Origin: Candidatus Poribacteria bacterium
GTDB taxonomy: Bacteria > Poribacteria > WGA-4E > WGA-3G
DNA: 64,000 bases
Direction of reading: 5' to 3'
NCBI GenBank assembly: GCA_963663765.2
Contig: CAXXUA010000003.1
Span: forward strand, 224,001-288,000
Shown here: piece after piece, positions 29,771 to 40,022 of the stretch
Numbering within the stretch: the first letter of the stretch is position 1
Layout: every line of letters begins with the position of its first letter
Notes under the pieces: model-generated
Database searches by the model: none
The model's input: only the letters and a program-made list of their open reading frames with translations
What the model was told of the DNA's origin: nothing
Made by a program: the position numbers and the translations under genes

Positions 29771-30967
29771 CTATGCAGATAATACATGTGCAGTTTCACG
29801 GGATACAATAAGTTCCTCATTAGTAGAAACTACAAGAATTTTCACACGGCTATTTTCCGCTGATAGGTCGGTTTCTCCAGTAGCATTCTCATTTTTTTCA
29901 GCATCTAAATGTATGCCACACCATTCAAGTCCATCGCAGATTTTAGCACGGGTCGTTGAACTTTTCTCTCCGATACCACCCGCAAAGGCGATGACATCAA
30001 CGCCACCAAGTGCAGCAATATAAGCACCGATATACTTCTTCACACCGTAAGTGTATGTCTCTAATGCTAAGCGAGCATTGTCGTTACCAGCATCAATCGC
30101 CGCTTCTACATCGCGCATGTCACCGCTGGTACCAGAGATGCCTTTTACACCCGACTCCTCAATCAGTTGCCGTCTAATCTCGTCGGTAGAGTAATCTTCT
30201 TTGTCCATCAGATACAAAACGGCAAACGCATCTAAATCTCCGCATCGAGTGGATTGGACCATACCGTATTGTGTTGACGCACCCATTGAGGTATCAATTG
30301 ATTTTCCGTCTTTGATGGCACATAAGGAGGAACTACCACCGAGATGACAAGAGATAATCCGAAGCCCTTCACTGTTTTCTCGGCTAAGCATCTGCGGCAC
30401 ACGTTCGGAAATATAACGATGTGACGCACCATGAAATCCGTATTTACGGATACCGTGTTGTTCTACCCAGAACCGTGGCACACCAAAGTCGTAGGCGTAA
30501 TCGGGAATTGTCTGGTGAAACCATGTCTCAAAAACAGCAACCAGCGGGGTGTTCGGAAGGAGTTCCTGAAACGCACGGATAGACGCAATATATGCAGGAT
30601 TGTGCATCGGGGCAAGGGGTGTGGATGCTTCCAATGCAGCTATAACGTCATCTGTAATCCGTGCTGAACGCCAATATCCTTTGGCAAGAATGGTTTTGAA
30701 ACCGACACCGTCCAATTGGTTCAGGTCTGTCAGGCAACCGACTTCGGGATCAGTGATGAGTTGCATCGCATGTGCAATCGCATCAATATGTGAGGAGGCA
30801 TCAATTTCACCTTGGCGGGACGGTTTACCCGGTACTGCATGTGTAAAAGCAGATGGTGAATTACCGATACGGTCTACCCCTCCCTTGACGAGGGAGGCAG
30901 TTTTTTCCATGTCTATGATCTGGTATTTGAACGAGGTGCTACCAACGTTTGCACAAAGTATACGCAT
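29771..30967 (-). CDS. ackA: Acetate/propionate kinase
   Basis: NVGSTSFK, LAPMHN, RKYGFHGASH, HLGGSSS, FAGGIGE, TNEE. Confidence 0.93.
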   Translation of the reverse strand: MRILCANVGSTSFKYQIIDMEKTASLVKGGVDRIGNSPSAFTHAVPGKPSRQGEIDASSHIDAIAHAMQLITDPEVGCLTDLNQLDGVGFKTILAKGYWRSARITDDVIAALEASTPLAPMHNPAYIASIRAFQELLPNTPLVAVFETWFHQTIPDYAYDFGVPRFWVEQHGIRKYGFHGASHRYISERVPQMLSRENSEGLRIISCHLGGSSSLCAIKDGKSIDTSMGASTQYGMVQSTRCGDLDAFAVLYLMDKEDYSTDEIRRQLIEESGVKGISGTSGDMRDVEAAIDAGNDNARLALETYTYGVKKYIGAYIAALGGVDVIAFAGGIGEKSSTTRAKICDGLEWCGIHLDAEKNENATGETDLSAENSRVKILVVSTNEELIVSRETAHVLSA

Positions 30968-31018
30968 GGTGGTATTTATATCTATGAAGTCACTTGAATA
31001 TAAAAATAAAGTTCAGCG

Positions 31019-31777
31019 TTATATTCCAACCCCAGTATAAGCAAGAGGTAAATCATTCCAAAATTGCTCTTCTAACTTCCTTCCTTTTTGTCTTTTGTTT
31101 TGTCCACCCCATTGTTTAAAAAAGAAAGGTACTGAGGCTTGTTGACATTGGTCACGGATATCAGTTACCCATTCTTCTTGCATAGGTCGAGCCCCGGGGC
31201 CGGATTCACCTCCGACAATTACCCAATGTATATTTTCTAAATCAAGATTTCGGAGTTCACCTATAAGCGGTTCAAGAGACAAAAATTTGATGTGGGCATC
31301 TGTTTCTCGCAAATCGTCAATTCGAGATTTATAGTCTTGATTTTCAACACTAACTCCCATCCATACATTTTCTGGCCACTTTATTTTTGAATTGAATTCA
31401 ATCAACCGTTTTGATCGTTTTGTAAGTACTTGGAAGTGATGTTGAGTTGCATTACGCATTGTTTCAAAGACCTTTAGGATAAATTCTAATTTAACATCTT
31501 CATGAAATAAATCACTCATGGAATTGACAAAAATCAACTGAGGTTTTTTCCACTTCAAAGGCAAATCAAGTAATTCTTCAACAAGTCGAACCTTATTTGA
31601 CCATCTTGGACCTGTTTTTGTCATTTTCGCAAGACCTTCATAAGCAAGACCTTCTTTTGAAAACCGGGCAGCTATTCGTTCGGCATAACAAAACTTACAC
31701 CCCTCAGAAACACGAGTACAACCCCTTACAGGATTCCAAGTTGATTGTGTCCACTCAATTGCGGATTTAGTCGCCAT
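31019..31777 (-). CDS. DUF5131 (phage Gp37/Gp68) three-Cys radical-SAM-like protein
   Basis: IEWT..TWNP..GCTRVSEGCKFCYA, FVNSMSDLFH, SLEPL, WVIVGGESG, FFFKQWGG. Confidence 0.92.
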   Translation of the reverse strand: MATKSAIEWTQSTWNPVRGCTRVSEGCKFCYAERIAARFSKEGLAYEGLAKMTKTGPRWSNKVRLVEELLDLPLKWKKPQLIFVNSMSDLFHEDVKLEFILKVFETMRNATQHHFQVLTKRSKRLIEFNSKIKWPENVWMGVSVENQDYKSRIDDLRETDAHIKFLSLEPLIGELRNLDLENIHWVIVGGESGPGARPMQEEWVTDIRDQCQQASVPFFFKQWGGQNKRQKGRKLEEQFWNDLPLAYTGVGI

Positions 31778-31805
31778 TATTGTGGTTCCTCCTTAGATAG
31801 AAACA

Positions 31806-32933
31806 TTACTCGTCCCTAGTTGGAAATGTAACTTGAACATTATCGCCAAAAGTGTTTTCTTGTCGCTTATTTGCAGAGGGATCCGTTAAAATCTTTCCGT
31901 CATTTTCAAGTTTGATAAGTGCCTTTTTATAGTTCTTTTTAATATACGGTGTGTCAATGGTGTGCTGGTCGTAAATCTGCTGCATTGTCATGATCTTACC
32001 CGCAAAATCTCTCAACAAGATTTCAGCCAAAACGTCAAGTGGACTTGGAGCACCAAATAAGGGAAGTTGTTGAGGTTGATGATCCATAGGGTCATATTCA
32101 AACGAAGGAACACTCTGAACTGAGTCTGTGCTTTCTTTAGCCATGATGTCTTTCATAATTTGATAACCTCTGACATTCTTGGAAACAAAGATCAAATGAT
32201 GACTTAATCGCTTTATGCTATCAAACTTAAAACGAAATGGCAAAACATACTTACCTCCCTTTTCTTTTAGTGCTTGGCTAATTGTCTCAATTACAGATAA
32301 TTCTTTTTCAAATGAGTCCATATCATTTAGCAAAAGATTTCCAAGTTCAGTCGCTCGTTTTTTGCCGAAAAGTGCGTCTATATGTTTCTTAACACTTGGA
32401 TTATTAATGCTCATAGATATACGATTATAGTTGAAGAAAAATATGCAATCACAACCCCAGTTTCTAAGAGCAGAGCTAATAAGTTCCAAAGACAGTCCTT
32501 TGTAACCCCATGGATCAACAAAGAACAGGGTCGGTATTGTATTTATACTACCCAAAATCTGTGCTACTTCTTCATCTACATCCATATTTAAAATACGAGG
32601 CAAAATTCCCAGTTTATCAATATCTTTGATTGAGTCAATGGCATCCTTTAATCTATGAGCATGTTTCGAATCAATATCGTTAAAAATACAGGTGAGCATA
32701 TCCCGTATATCTTCATTTTCAATTGCCTTTTCAAGAATGAGAATTGGAGTAGACTTTGATCCATCTGCATATATACCTGGACCTGCGAAAAAATCTACAT
32801 AACCAATATTTGTATTCCTTTTTTTAGCATGAGGAATTATAATTTTTGCCCAAGCCCAGAAATATTTCACTACAATTCTTGTTTTTACCTTTGACGCTTC
32901 TTTAGCTTTATCAAAAAAATATTTATCCCGCAT
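31806..32933 (-). CDS. tcmP: Three-Cys-motif partner protein (SAM-methyltransferase-like fold + wHTH)
   Basis: YVDFFAGPG, GSKSTP, FFVDPWGY; adjacent to DUF5131. Confidence 0.85.
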   Translation of the reverse strand: MRDKYFFDKAKEASKVKTRIVVKYFWAWAKIIIPHAKKRNTNIGYVDFFAGPGIYADGSKSTPILILEKAIENEDIRDMLTCIFNDIDSKHAHRLKDAIDSIKDIDKLGILPRILNMDVDEEVAQILGSINTIPTLFFVDPWGYKGLSLELISSALRNWGCDCIFFFNYNRISMSINNPSVKKHIDALFGKKRATELGNLLLNDMDSFEKELSVIETISQALKEKGGKYVLPFRFKFDSIKRLSHHLIFVSKNVRGYQIMKDIMAKESTDSVQSVPSFEYDPMDHQPQQLPLFGAPSPLDVLAEILLRDFAGKIMTMQQIYDQHTIDTPYIKKNYKKALIKLENDGKILTDPSANKRQENTFGDNVQVTFPTRDE

Positions 32934-33012
32934 AACCTTCCCTTTATAAATAATACTATAAACCATGTTGTCTTGTCAAGATTTAATTAACGATTAATTC
33001 AATTTAGCATTA

Positions 33013-33144
33013 TACCAAATTAACCTAAATCGTAGGGACAGGTCTCCGGGGAATGCCAAAAGGCATTCATACCGTTGATTACTTGATTTGGTACCCGCCC
33101 GTGTTCTCCACATTAAAATCAATACAAATCACATTAATTTGGTA
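33013..33144. mobile_element. TACCAAATTAA-ended MITE whose REP carries a 43-nt hairpin micro-insertion (33048-33090)
   Basis: Aligns to the reverse complement of 10209-10296 except for inserted ggggaatgccaaaaggcattcataccgttgattacttgatttg. Confidence 0.75.
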
Positions 33145-33228
33145 TTACTTGTGTTGATTGTAAAAGCTTCCAACCCTAATAATAGTGTGTTTACACATTA
33201 ACATCGAATATTTTACAATAACAAAGTC

Positions 33229-33382
33229 ATACCATTTCTTATATAATGTCTCATTAGCTGCGGAGATCTGGTAGGAGCGACCTCCTGGTCGCGACCGGGA
33301 GGTCGCTCCTACCGTAGAGAGGACTTCTAACCAACGATAACAGTGGAATTCCTTATGAAACAAGTATTATTAGAAATGGTAT
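33229..33382. mobile_element. MITE (ATACCATTTCT TIRs) containing a 44-bp GTAG REP doublet palindrome
   Basis: ataccatttct / agaaatggtat; ggtaggagcgacctcctggtcgcgaccgggaggtcgctcctacc at 33270-33313. Confidence 0.65.
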
Positions 33383-36300
33383 TATTCCGTTTTAGGTAAG
33401 GTTGGGAGTGTGAGACGTGGACGGTCACCGAAATCGGGGAGTTCGGGTGGGTTCTCTTCCATCTCTTGCAGGAGTATCTCTATTGCCTTATCAAGTTGTG
33501 GGTCACCTTCAGCGATATAATCTTGTGGACGATAATCCACTTCAATGTCTGGGTCGGTGCCGTAGTTCTCAACGCTCCAACCGACATCAACGAACCAGAA
33601 AGAATACTCAGGTTGTGTTGTCCGTCCTCCATCAACAAATCCTTGATGTGGTGAGATACCGATAACACCTCCCCACGTGCGTTTGCCGATAAGTTGCCCT
33701 AATCCCATCAGTTTGAAGCAGTGTGAAAAGATGTCCCCATCGGAACCAGCGTTTTCGTTTGTGACAGCGATCATCGGACCTAACACGGAAGCAGTGGGAT
33801 ATGGGTGCGGTGTACCCCAACGTGGAATATCATATCCGATACGTCGGCGAGATAACTTCTCTAAAATTAGTTGTGACACATTGCCACCGCCGTTGTAGCG
33901 TACATCAACGAGTAAACCGGGATAACTCACTTCAGCAAGATAGCCGCGATGAAACTCAGCATAACCACGACTTCCCATATCGGGAATATGGACGTATCCG
34001 ACCTTACCATCTGTCTTTTCATGAACGTATTTCCGATTTTGCGCGACCCATTCGCGATAACGTAATTCGCCTTCGCCACCAAGTACCTTGATCGTAACAA
34101 CACGTTTCTCATCATCACTTTTATTCTTGAATGTGGTTTGCACCTCTTGTCCACCAAGACTTATTAATAACTCACCAGGTGAAACATTTTCGCTAAGCGG
34201 TTGTCCACCGATAGAAAGGAGGATATCCCCTTCTTGGATGTTGATACCGGGAGCATTGAGTGGTGAGGTTCTTCTATCATTCCATGTGTCGCCACGAACG
34301 ATATGTGTGATGCGATAGCCGTTGTTGTCTGGGTCGTAAACAAAATCAGCACCGAGAAAACCTTGTCCGTAGTTAGGTGAACTGCGGTAATCTCCACCAG
34401 ATTCATAAGCGTGTGAGGTGCCGAGTTCACCTTGCATTTCCCACATAAGGTCAGAAAATTCGGCACGGGTGGCAATTCTTTCCAGTTGTGGCAGATACCG
34501 TTGATACACGTTTTCCCAATCAACATCGGACATATCCTCAGTCCAGAAATAATCGCGCTGCAGTCGCCATGCTTCTCGATACATCTGTTTCCATTCAGCT
34601 GTGGGTATCACAGAGGGTCTGGCGCGATTGATTTCTATCCAACCGTTATGTCTGGGGTTGCCACCTTTATTATCAGGTTTTTGGTCCCCCTCTGCTTTTC
34701 TACCTGCTTTTATGATACGCAACCGATTTCCTGTGCGATATAAAAGGCTTTTGTAATCTCGCGAAAGTTGGAAGGAGTCAATATCTGGAACGAGTACATC
34801 TTTTTTCTGCTCTTTAAAATCGTAAGCGTGGAGTTTACCTTTCGCACTTGAACCATCACCTTCAGGGGTATTTTGCGCGTGCTGAACAGGAAAAGAAGTA
34901 AAAATCGCTTTGCCTTCAATACCAGCAATCTGTCTGTAACGTCCGTGTGAATAGGGAAAAGCAACAACGCGCTGTTCAATACCGTCTAACTCAATTTTGA
35001 TAGGTTTTTTCTTTTTCTCATCCTTTTGCTCATTAGAATCACCATCTTTTTCCTCGGAATTTTCTTCAGTATCCTTGTCGCCATTTTCCTTTTTATCTTT
35101 TTCCTTTTCATCTTCAGGTGGCGGTGTGGTAGGAAGAAACGGGTTCGGTAGTTCTTTCTGCAAAGTTACCAATAATGGTCGTGTGGCAATAGGAAAACTA
35201 AGTTCAAACTGCAACGCATCACCGACAGGGTCAAATTCACGATGAGAAAGAAAATAGAGATACTTTCCGTCTGGATCCCAAGCGGGAGCATAATCACTGA
35301 ATTCAGTTTTCGTGATATACGTAGTTTCTCCTGTTTCAATGTTGCACAGTTTGATTGACGATGTGGTCTCAGTAGCGGGAAAACTGTATACGATCCATTT
35401 TCCATCAGGTGACCATTTTGCACCTTGAATTCGATTATATAGACTTTTGTCAAGCACACGCATTTCCAGCTTTTCAAGTTCTATGTGCAGCAGTTCAAAA
35501 CGTTGGTTGACGATGAGGAGTTGGTCTTTCAGGTCATCCCCTTTCGGGCAGACAGCAAGTTGACGCACATGTCCTATGTCCAGTTCATCAAGACGGCGTA
35601 CTTCTTCACTCCCATCGCATGTGTGAATTTCAAGAGCTTCTTCACCATCAGCATCTGAAAGCGTCAAGATACGTTTGCCATCATTTAACCATCGTGGCAT
35701 ACGATACCGGGTGCCGTTGCGTTCTCCGTGCTGGAGGACAGCACCATCCCAGTTTGCCATCGTAAAAAGTTTGCCACGGGAAGTAAACGTTATAGATCGA
35801 CCGTCTGCGGACGGTGCGTAATCTTGAAGGTACTGTGAGGCGTTGACGAATTTGCGTTGGCGTTGAATGCGCGGACTGCGGAATTCCACGTCAACTTGAT
35901 GGTTTGTATCCTTTTCTATATCATAAATCCATAAATCGGCACCTGCATGATAGACAATGTGGTCACCATCAGTTTGTGCTGATCGTGCATAATAGGTTTC
36001 CTGATGTGTGTGCCGTTGTATGTCTTCACCAGAGGTTTGGCAGGAATAGATATTTCCAACGCCTTCATGGTCAGAGATAAAGTAGATACGATCCCCAATC
36101 CATAAGGGAGTCGTGAAATTGCTTTCAACAGGTGCAAAGGGTTCAAACTCCCCATTCCCATCAGTATCAATCCAGAGTTGTCCTGCCGTACCGCCACGAT
36201 AGCGTTTCCATCGTGCGGGTTCACGAGTTAACCTTCCAAGAACAACGCCACCGTTTTCTCCAAATGCAATGTGGTTAGCAGGACCATAAGGAAGTCGTTT

Positions 36301-36669
36301 CGGTTCACCACCATCAGGAGAGATGCTCCATAACCATGCGCCAAATGCCGATCCTGCACCACTGGAATAGAGGATGTTTTGTCCATCCGTATCCCATCCG
36401 ACAATACTTGCATTGCTTCCTTGGTAAGTAAGTCGTTTTGCTTCTCCTCCGAGTGCGGGCATGATATAGACTTCTGCTGGACCTTCTTCGCGTCCAGCAA
36501 AAGCAAGAAGTTCACCGTTTGGTGATAACTGTGGGGAACTGGTTGCGCCTAAATTTGATGTGAGTCTACGTGCTAAACCTCCTCTTACTGGAACTGTCCA
36601 TAAATCATCTTCACAAACAAAAACAATGGTGTCATTTGAAACAGTTGGAAATCGATAGTATCCTGACAT
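33382..36669 (-). CDS. Tricorn protease homolog (peptidase S41, beta-propellers + PDZ)
   Basis: YYRFP..IVF..EDDLW, WKRYRGG, GELGTSH, DVRYNGGG, NENAGSDGD, GKRTWGG. Confidence 0.95.
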   Translation of the reverse strand: MSGYYRFPTVSNDTIVFVCEDDLWTVPVRGGLARRLTSNLGATSSPQLSPNGELLAFAGREEGPAEVYIMPALGGEAKRLTYQGSNASIVGWDTDGQNILYSSGAGSAFGAWLWSISPDGGEPKRLPYGPANHIAFGENGGVVLGRLTREPARWKRYRGGTAGQLWIDTDGNGEFEPFAPVESNFTTPLWIGDRIYFISDHEGVGNIYSCQTSGEDIQRHTHQETYYARSAQTDGDHIVYHAGADLWIYDIEKDTNHQVDVEFRSPRIQRQRKFVNASQYLQDYAPSADGRSITFTSRGKLFTMANWDGAVLQHGERNGTRYRMPRWLNDGKRILTLSDADGEEALEIHTCDGSEEVRRLDELDIGHVRQLAVCPKGDDLKDQLLIVNQRFELLHIELEKLEMRVLDKSLYNRIQGAKWSPDGKWIVYSFPATETTSSIKLCNIETGETTYITKTEFSDYAPAWDPDGKYLYFLSHREFDPVGDALQFELSFPIATRPLLVTLQKELPNPFLPTTPPPEDEKEKDKKENGDKDTEENSEEKDGDSNEQKDEKKKKPIKIELDGIEQRVVAFPYSHGRYRQIAGIEGKAIFTSFPVQHAQNTPEGDGSSAKGKLHAYDFKEQKKDVLVPDIDSFQLSRDYKSLLYRTGNRLRIIKAGRKAEGDQKPDNKGGNPRHNGWIEINRARPSVIPTAEWKQMYREAWRLQRDYFWTEDMSDVDWENVYQRYLPQLERIATRAEFSDLMWEMQGELGTSHAYESGGDYRSSPNYGQGFLGADFVYDPDNNGYRITHIVRGDTWNDRRTSPLNAPGINIQEGDILLSIGGQPLSENVSPGELLISLGGQEVQTTFKNKSDDEKRVVTIKVLGGEGELRYREWVAQNRKYVHEKTDGKVGYVHIPDMGSRGYAEFHRGYLAEVSYPGLLVDVRYNGGGNVSQLILEKLSRRRIGYDIPRWGTPHPYPTASVLGPMIAVTNENAGSDGDIFSHCFKLMGLGQLIGKRTWGGVIGISPHQGFVDGGRTTQPEYSFWFVDVGWSVENYGTDPDIEVDYRPQDYIAEGDPQLDKAIEILLQEMEENPPELPDFGDRPRLTLPTLPKTE

Positions 36670-36817
36670 TTACACCTCCATAGAAAGAAATAACATTATA
36701 CTGAAAACAAGGTACAGAAAATATGAAAGGCGAGGCACCAAACCGCATCAACGGTAAGCAGCATAAGCACACATGACTTATGCCATGATTCGTTGGAGAC
36801 CTCGCCCTATAAATTTG

Positions 36818-36851
36818 ACGCTAAGACGAATTTGGAATTACGTCTTAGCGT
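36818..36851. terminator. Stem-loop downstream of the PPC/cytochrome gene
   Basis: 11-bp stem acgctaagacg / cgtcttagcgt. Confidence 0.45.
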
Positions 36852-36885
36852 TTTCGGTGTATTGTGCGAAAAAGAGACAGTAGAA

Positions 36886-39885
36886 TTAATTGTCCTCTAA
36901 CATTGCTTGTCTTTCAGTACTGGGTGGGTTTCCGAGCCAAAGTTTTACAGCTGGACTGCTTGCAATGCGTCGATTGCCAACTGAGGCAATGATGACAAAG
37001 GTATGCGGTCTTGTCTGTTGATTTCCAATGAATGGATTTCGCCGTATTTCGTCATTACCACCACTAATAATATCTGGAACAAGCCTTATTGTTGCTTCGG
37101 ATTTACCTCTTTGGAGTACGGTTGTCTGTCTCTGTAACCTTACGCCAGAAGGCAATCCAACTACAGTCAAGTTCATGTTTTGGCGGTTCCCTCTCTTGCG
37201 ATCAACTTTCACGGTAATATCAACCGGACCATCTTCCGTCATCACGACTTCATTAGGAGTCACAGCCACAGTGATAGGTGACGCTTCTGTTATGCTTACG
37301 ACAACATTTTTCCGCTGAACATTTTGATCGTTGTTCCGAATACGGTATATTTCCACTGGAGTTGCGGCACGTCGAATCTGATTTCCAGACGCGGTTGTAA
37401 CAGTACCGACTACCTGGACAACGCTGTGGGTTAGCTCCGCATCTGGAGCAGCTGTCAGTGTGAGATATCCTTGGTTATTACGACCTTCAGAAAGAATAGC
37501 ACTCTGACTTGCTATGATACCGGGTGGTAGATTTTCAACAGAGAGTAAGATAGGCTCTGTAAACCCAACTCGACGTCGCAATGAGACATCCAATAGTACT
37601 GTCCCCCCACGTCCAATGTTCGGGTTATCGGGTGTCACCGACAGGGCGAAGTCTGGGACAGTTGGTCGGACGTCTAAGTGGTAGACATAACCGGCGCCGC
37701 CTTTCCCAGAGACATCTTCTACACGGAGCGCATATTCCCCCGGTTGAGCGAAACTGTAATCAATAATGGCATTGCGTGCTCCACCTCTTCCTGCGTTATT
37801 TCTTAAAACCCGTCCTTCTGAATTCAATAAGGTTAACGAAGGGCTTAGCGGAGAATTCAGTTTTTCTGCAGACAAACCAATGGAATAACCACCAATATCA
37901 GCAAAAAATCCCCAAGGTCCAAAACCGTTTGTAATTTTAACGAGAATTTTGTTTTCGCCTTTAGTTACTGGCAGTTCAATGACATCATCACCACGGTTGA
38001 GAGGTCGGTGCACATATTTACTGAAGACCAGTTTATCGTTCACCCAAATCTTAATCGTATCATCTGAACCGAGTGACAAGATGTACTTTTGATCCCGTTG
38101 AGATTTGAAATAGGTTAACGCGTATCCTGTAACATCATCTTCTGCTACATCAGAGAAAACGCTTTCCCCTCTACGATTGGTCCTATACCATTTAATTTTC
38201 TGCTCATTCTTACCGGTATATTCTTTTTCAAGATCAATTTCGAGTTCAGGTGGATAGACGGTTTCATATCCTTTTTCGTCTGTGTTATCAAAGGGATGAA
38301 TGACCCACCAAGGTCCGAGACGAGAACCTTCTGTTATCGTAAAGCGATAATAGTCTACCTCTCCGGGTTGAGAAATACGACCACTTATTGCACCAGGGGT
38401 TTCAATGTGTTGTGCATTTCCGATCTGTTTTGCAATCAGTTGTCCCATGCGGACAACTTCTTCACCAACAAACGTGAGAATTTTGTCACGTTCAGTATCT
38501 GTAATATCAGAGTTTTCCTTCGCCGCCATGCGTGTGATAGTATTCTCCCATTGCTCAGCGGTTAGCGCGCGATTCTCTGGTGAGCGAAGTTCGTGACAAG
38601 CTGTACACTTCGTTTGGAAAAGGATTTCAGTTTCCACACTCTTTGCATGTTCTTCTTTTTCCGCAGAACCATTTTCAGTTGTCTGTTTAGTATTCGCTTC
38701 TATTGACTTTTCAATATCTTCACCAAATTCGTTAGCAATAAATGGAAAGATACCATACTGGGTGCGGACAAGTATAACACCCGGCTGTTGATCTTTAGGT
38801 AGTTTAACTTCAAAGTTAGTTTCAGGAAGATTTTCACCACCAATTTTCGTTTGGATGACGTTCCCAATTTCCCCACCTGTTGGGAAGATATATGTATTGT
38901 AAGGTACGACACCTATTGTTAAACGGTAAACAGAATCTGGATTTCCACGATAGAGCAGGTCACGTATTCGAAGATAATAGGTGCCATCCTCAGTAAGCGT
39001 ATGGTCAATTAGTGGGTCAAGACTGTAAAATCCATTACTTCGTTCTAATTCCTTACCTTTGGCATTGAAGAGTGAGATTGTCGGGTTGAAGAATTGTTGG
39101 CTAATGTGGTTATATCTATATGCTTTGACGTTGAAAACACAACGATCCCCTTTTGTTCCCTTAAATGTGAAATAATCTTCATCACCACCATAATTGATGA
39201 CGCCATTGACGATGGTTGGCAATTCAACGTATGTAGCGGATTCTGTATCGTTGTTTGATTCAGTTTCAACAGTATCAGGGACATTAGTGATTTCAAAGGG
39301 CCATGCTGTTGATGCTCCATTTTTACCAACAATACGTAGTTCACGTACACCGATCGGTGCATCAGGAGCAATAACTAATTCGGCAGTCATACCACCTGCT
39401 GCCCGCGCAGCGGATTTTAGATAATCAATGATTTTCGTCTGGTCGTCGTCACTGATATCCGCACCTTTGTCTTCCACCATGCGTTTCACAACGGCTGCCC
39501 ATTGTGTTCCTGTCATAGAACGGTTGCTTGGTGACCGAAGTTCATGGCACTGTCCACAATTTGCTTCAAAAACAGGTTTATGGGTTTCGTCAACTTTTCC
39601 ACCGCCGGCATTGAGTTTACCTGTAATGCCGGGTTCACCTTCAACAATGAGTGTATGTGCTCCATCCAAATCTGAACCTTGAATTTTCACCTCAACCGTC
39701 TTTCCGATTTGTGCCCCAGCGGGAAAAAGAGAATTCAGACGTGGTGTAGCTTGGGCAAATATAGAATTGGGAGTGGATATTATAACAAGAAACATCACAA
39801 GCAGCAACGGTTTCCAACTCCATATTGCTCGCGAATCAAGGTGTTGATTTAGACATGAAAGCATATATTTTTTCTTGACGCGCAT
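36886..39885 (-). CDS. Secreted PPC-repeat protein with two c-type heme domains and a PA14-like insert
   Basis: Signal peptide; FPAGAQ.G..VEV; E.E.N and G.I....D.DY PPC motifs; CGQCH and CTACH each followed by W...RM; GSDD.IKIWVN. Confidence 0.8.
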   Translation of the reverse strand: MRVKKKYMLSCLNQHLDSRAIWSWKPLLLVMFLVIISTPNSIFAQATPRLNSLFPAGAQIGKTVEVKIQGSDLDGAHTLIVEGEPGITGKLNAGGGKVDETHKPVFEANCGQCHELRSPSNRSMTGTQWAAVVKRMVEDKGADISDDDQTKIIDYLKSAARAAGGMTAELVIAPDAPIGVRELRIVGKNGASTAWPFEITNVPDTVETESNNDTESATYVELPTIVNGVINYGGDEDYFTFKGTKGDRCVFNVKAYRYNHISQQFFNPTISLFNAKGKELERSNGFYSLDPLIDHTLTEDGTYYLRIRDLLYRGNPDSVYRLTIGVVPYNTYIFPTGGEIGNVIQTKIGGENLPETNFEVKLPKDQQPGVILVRTQYGIFPFIANEFGEDIEKSIEANTKQTTENGSAEKEEHAKSVETEILFQTKCTACHELRSPENRALTAEQWENTITRMAAKENSDITDTERDKILTFVGEEVVRMGQLIAKQIGNAQHIETPGAISGRISQPGEVDYYRFTITEGSRLGPWWVIHPFDNTDEKGYETVYPPELEIDLEKEYTGKNEQKIKWYRTNRRGESVFSDVAEDDVTGYALTYFKSQRDQKYILSLGSDDTIKIWVNDKLVFSKYVHRPLNRGDDVIELPVTKGENKILVKITNGFGPWGFFADIGGYSIGLSAEKLNSPLSPSLTLLNSEGRVLRNNAGRGGARNAIIDYSFAQPGEYALRVEDVSGKGGAGYVYHLDVRPTVPDFALSVTPDNPNIGRGGTVLLDVSLRRRVGFTEPILLSVENLPPGIIASQSAILSEGRNNQGYLTLTAAPDAELTHSVVQVVGTVTTASGNQIRRAATPVEIYRIRNNDQNVQRKNVVVSITEASPITVAVTPNEVVMTEDGPVDITVKVDRKRGNRQNMNLTVVGLPSGVRLQRQTTVLQRGKSEATIRLVPDIISGGNDEIRRNPFIGNQQTRPHTFVIIASVGNRRIASSPAVKLWLGNPPSTERQAMLEDN

Positions 39886-40022
39886 CTTTTATTACCTCCA
39901 AAGTAGCTTTCAATATTCAATTATAGGCTGCCAGTTGAAGGGAACCTTTTTCATAACCGAAAACCGATTAAGAAGTACTATAATCGGCGGAATTCGGGTA
40001 TTCGTCCCCATAAAAAACAGCA

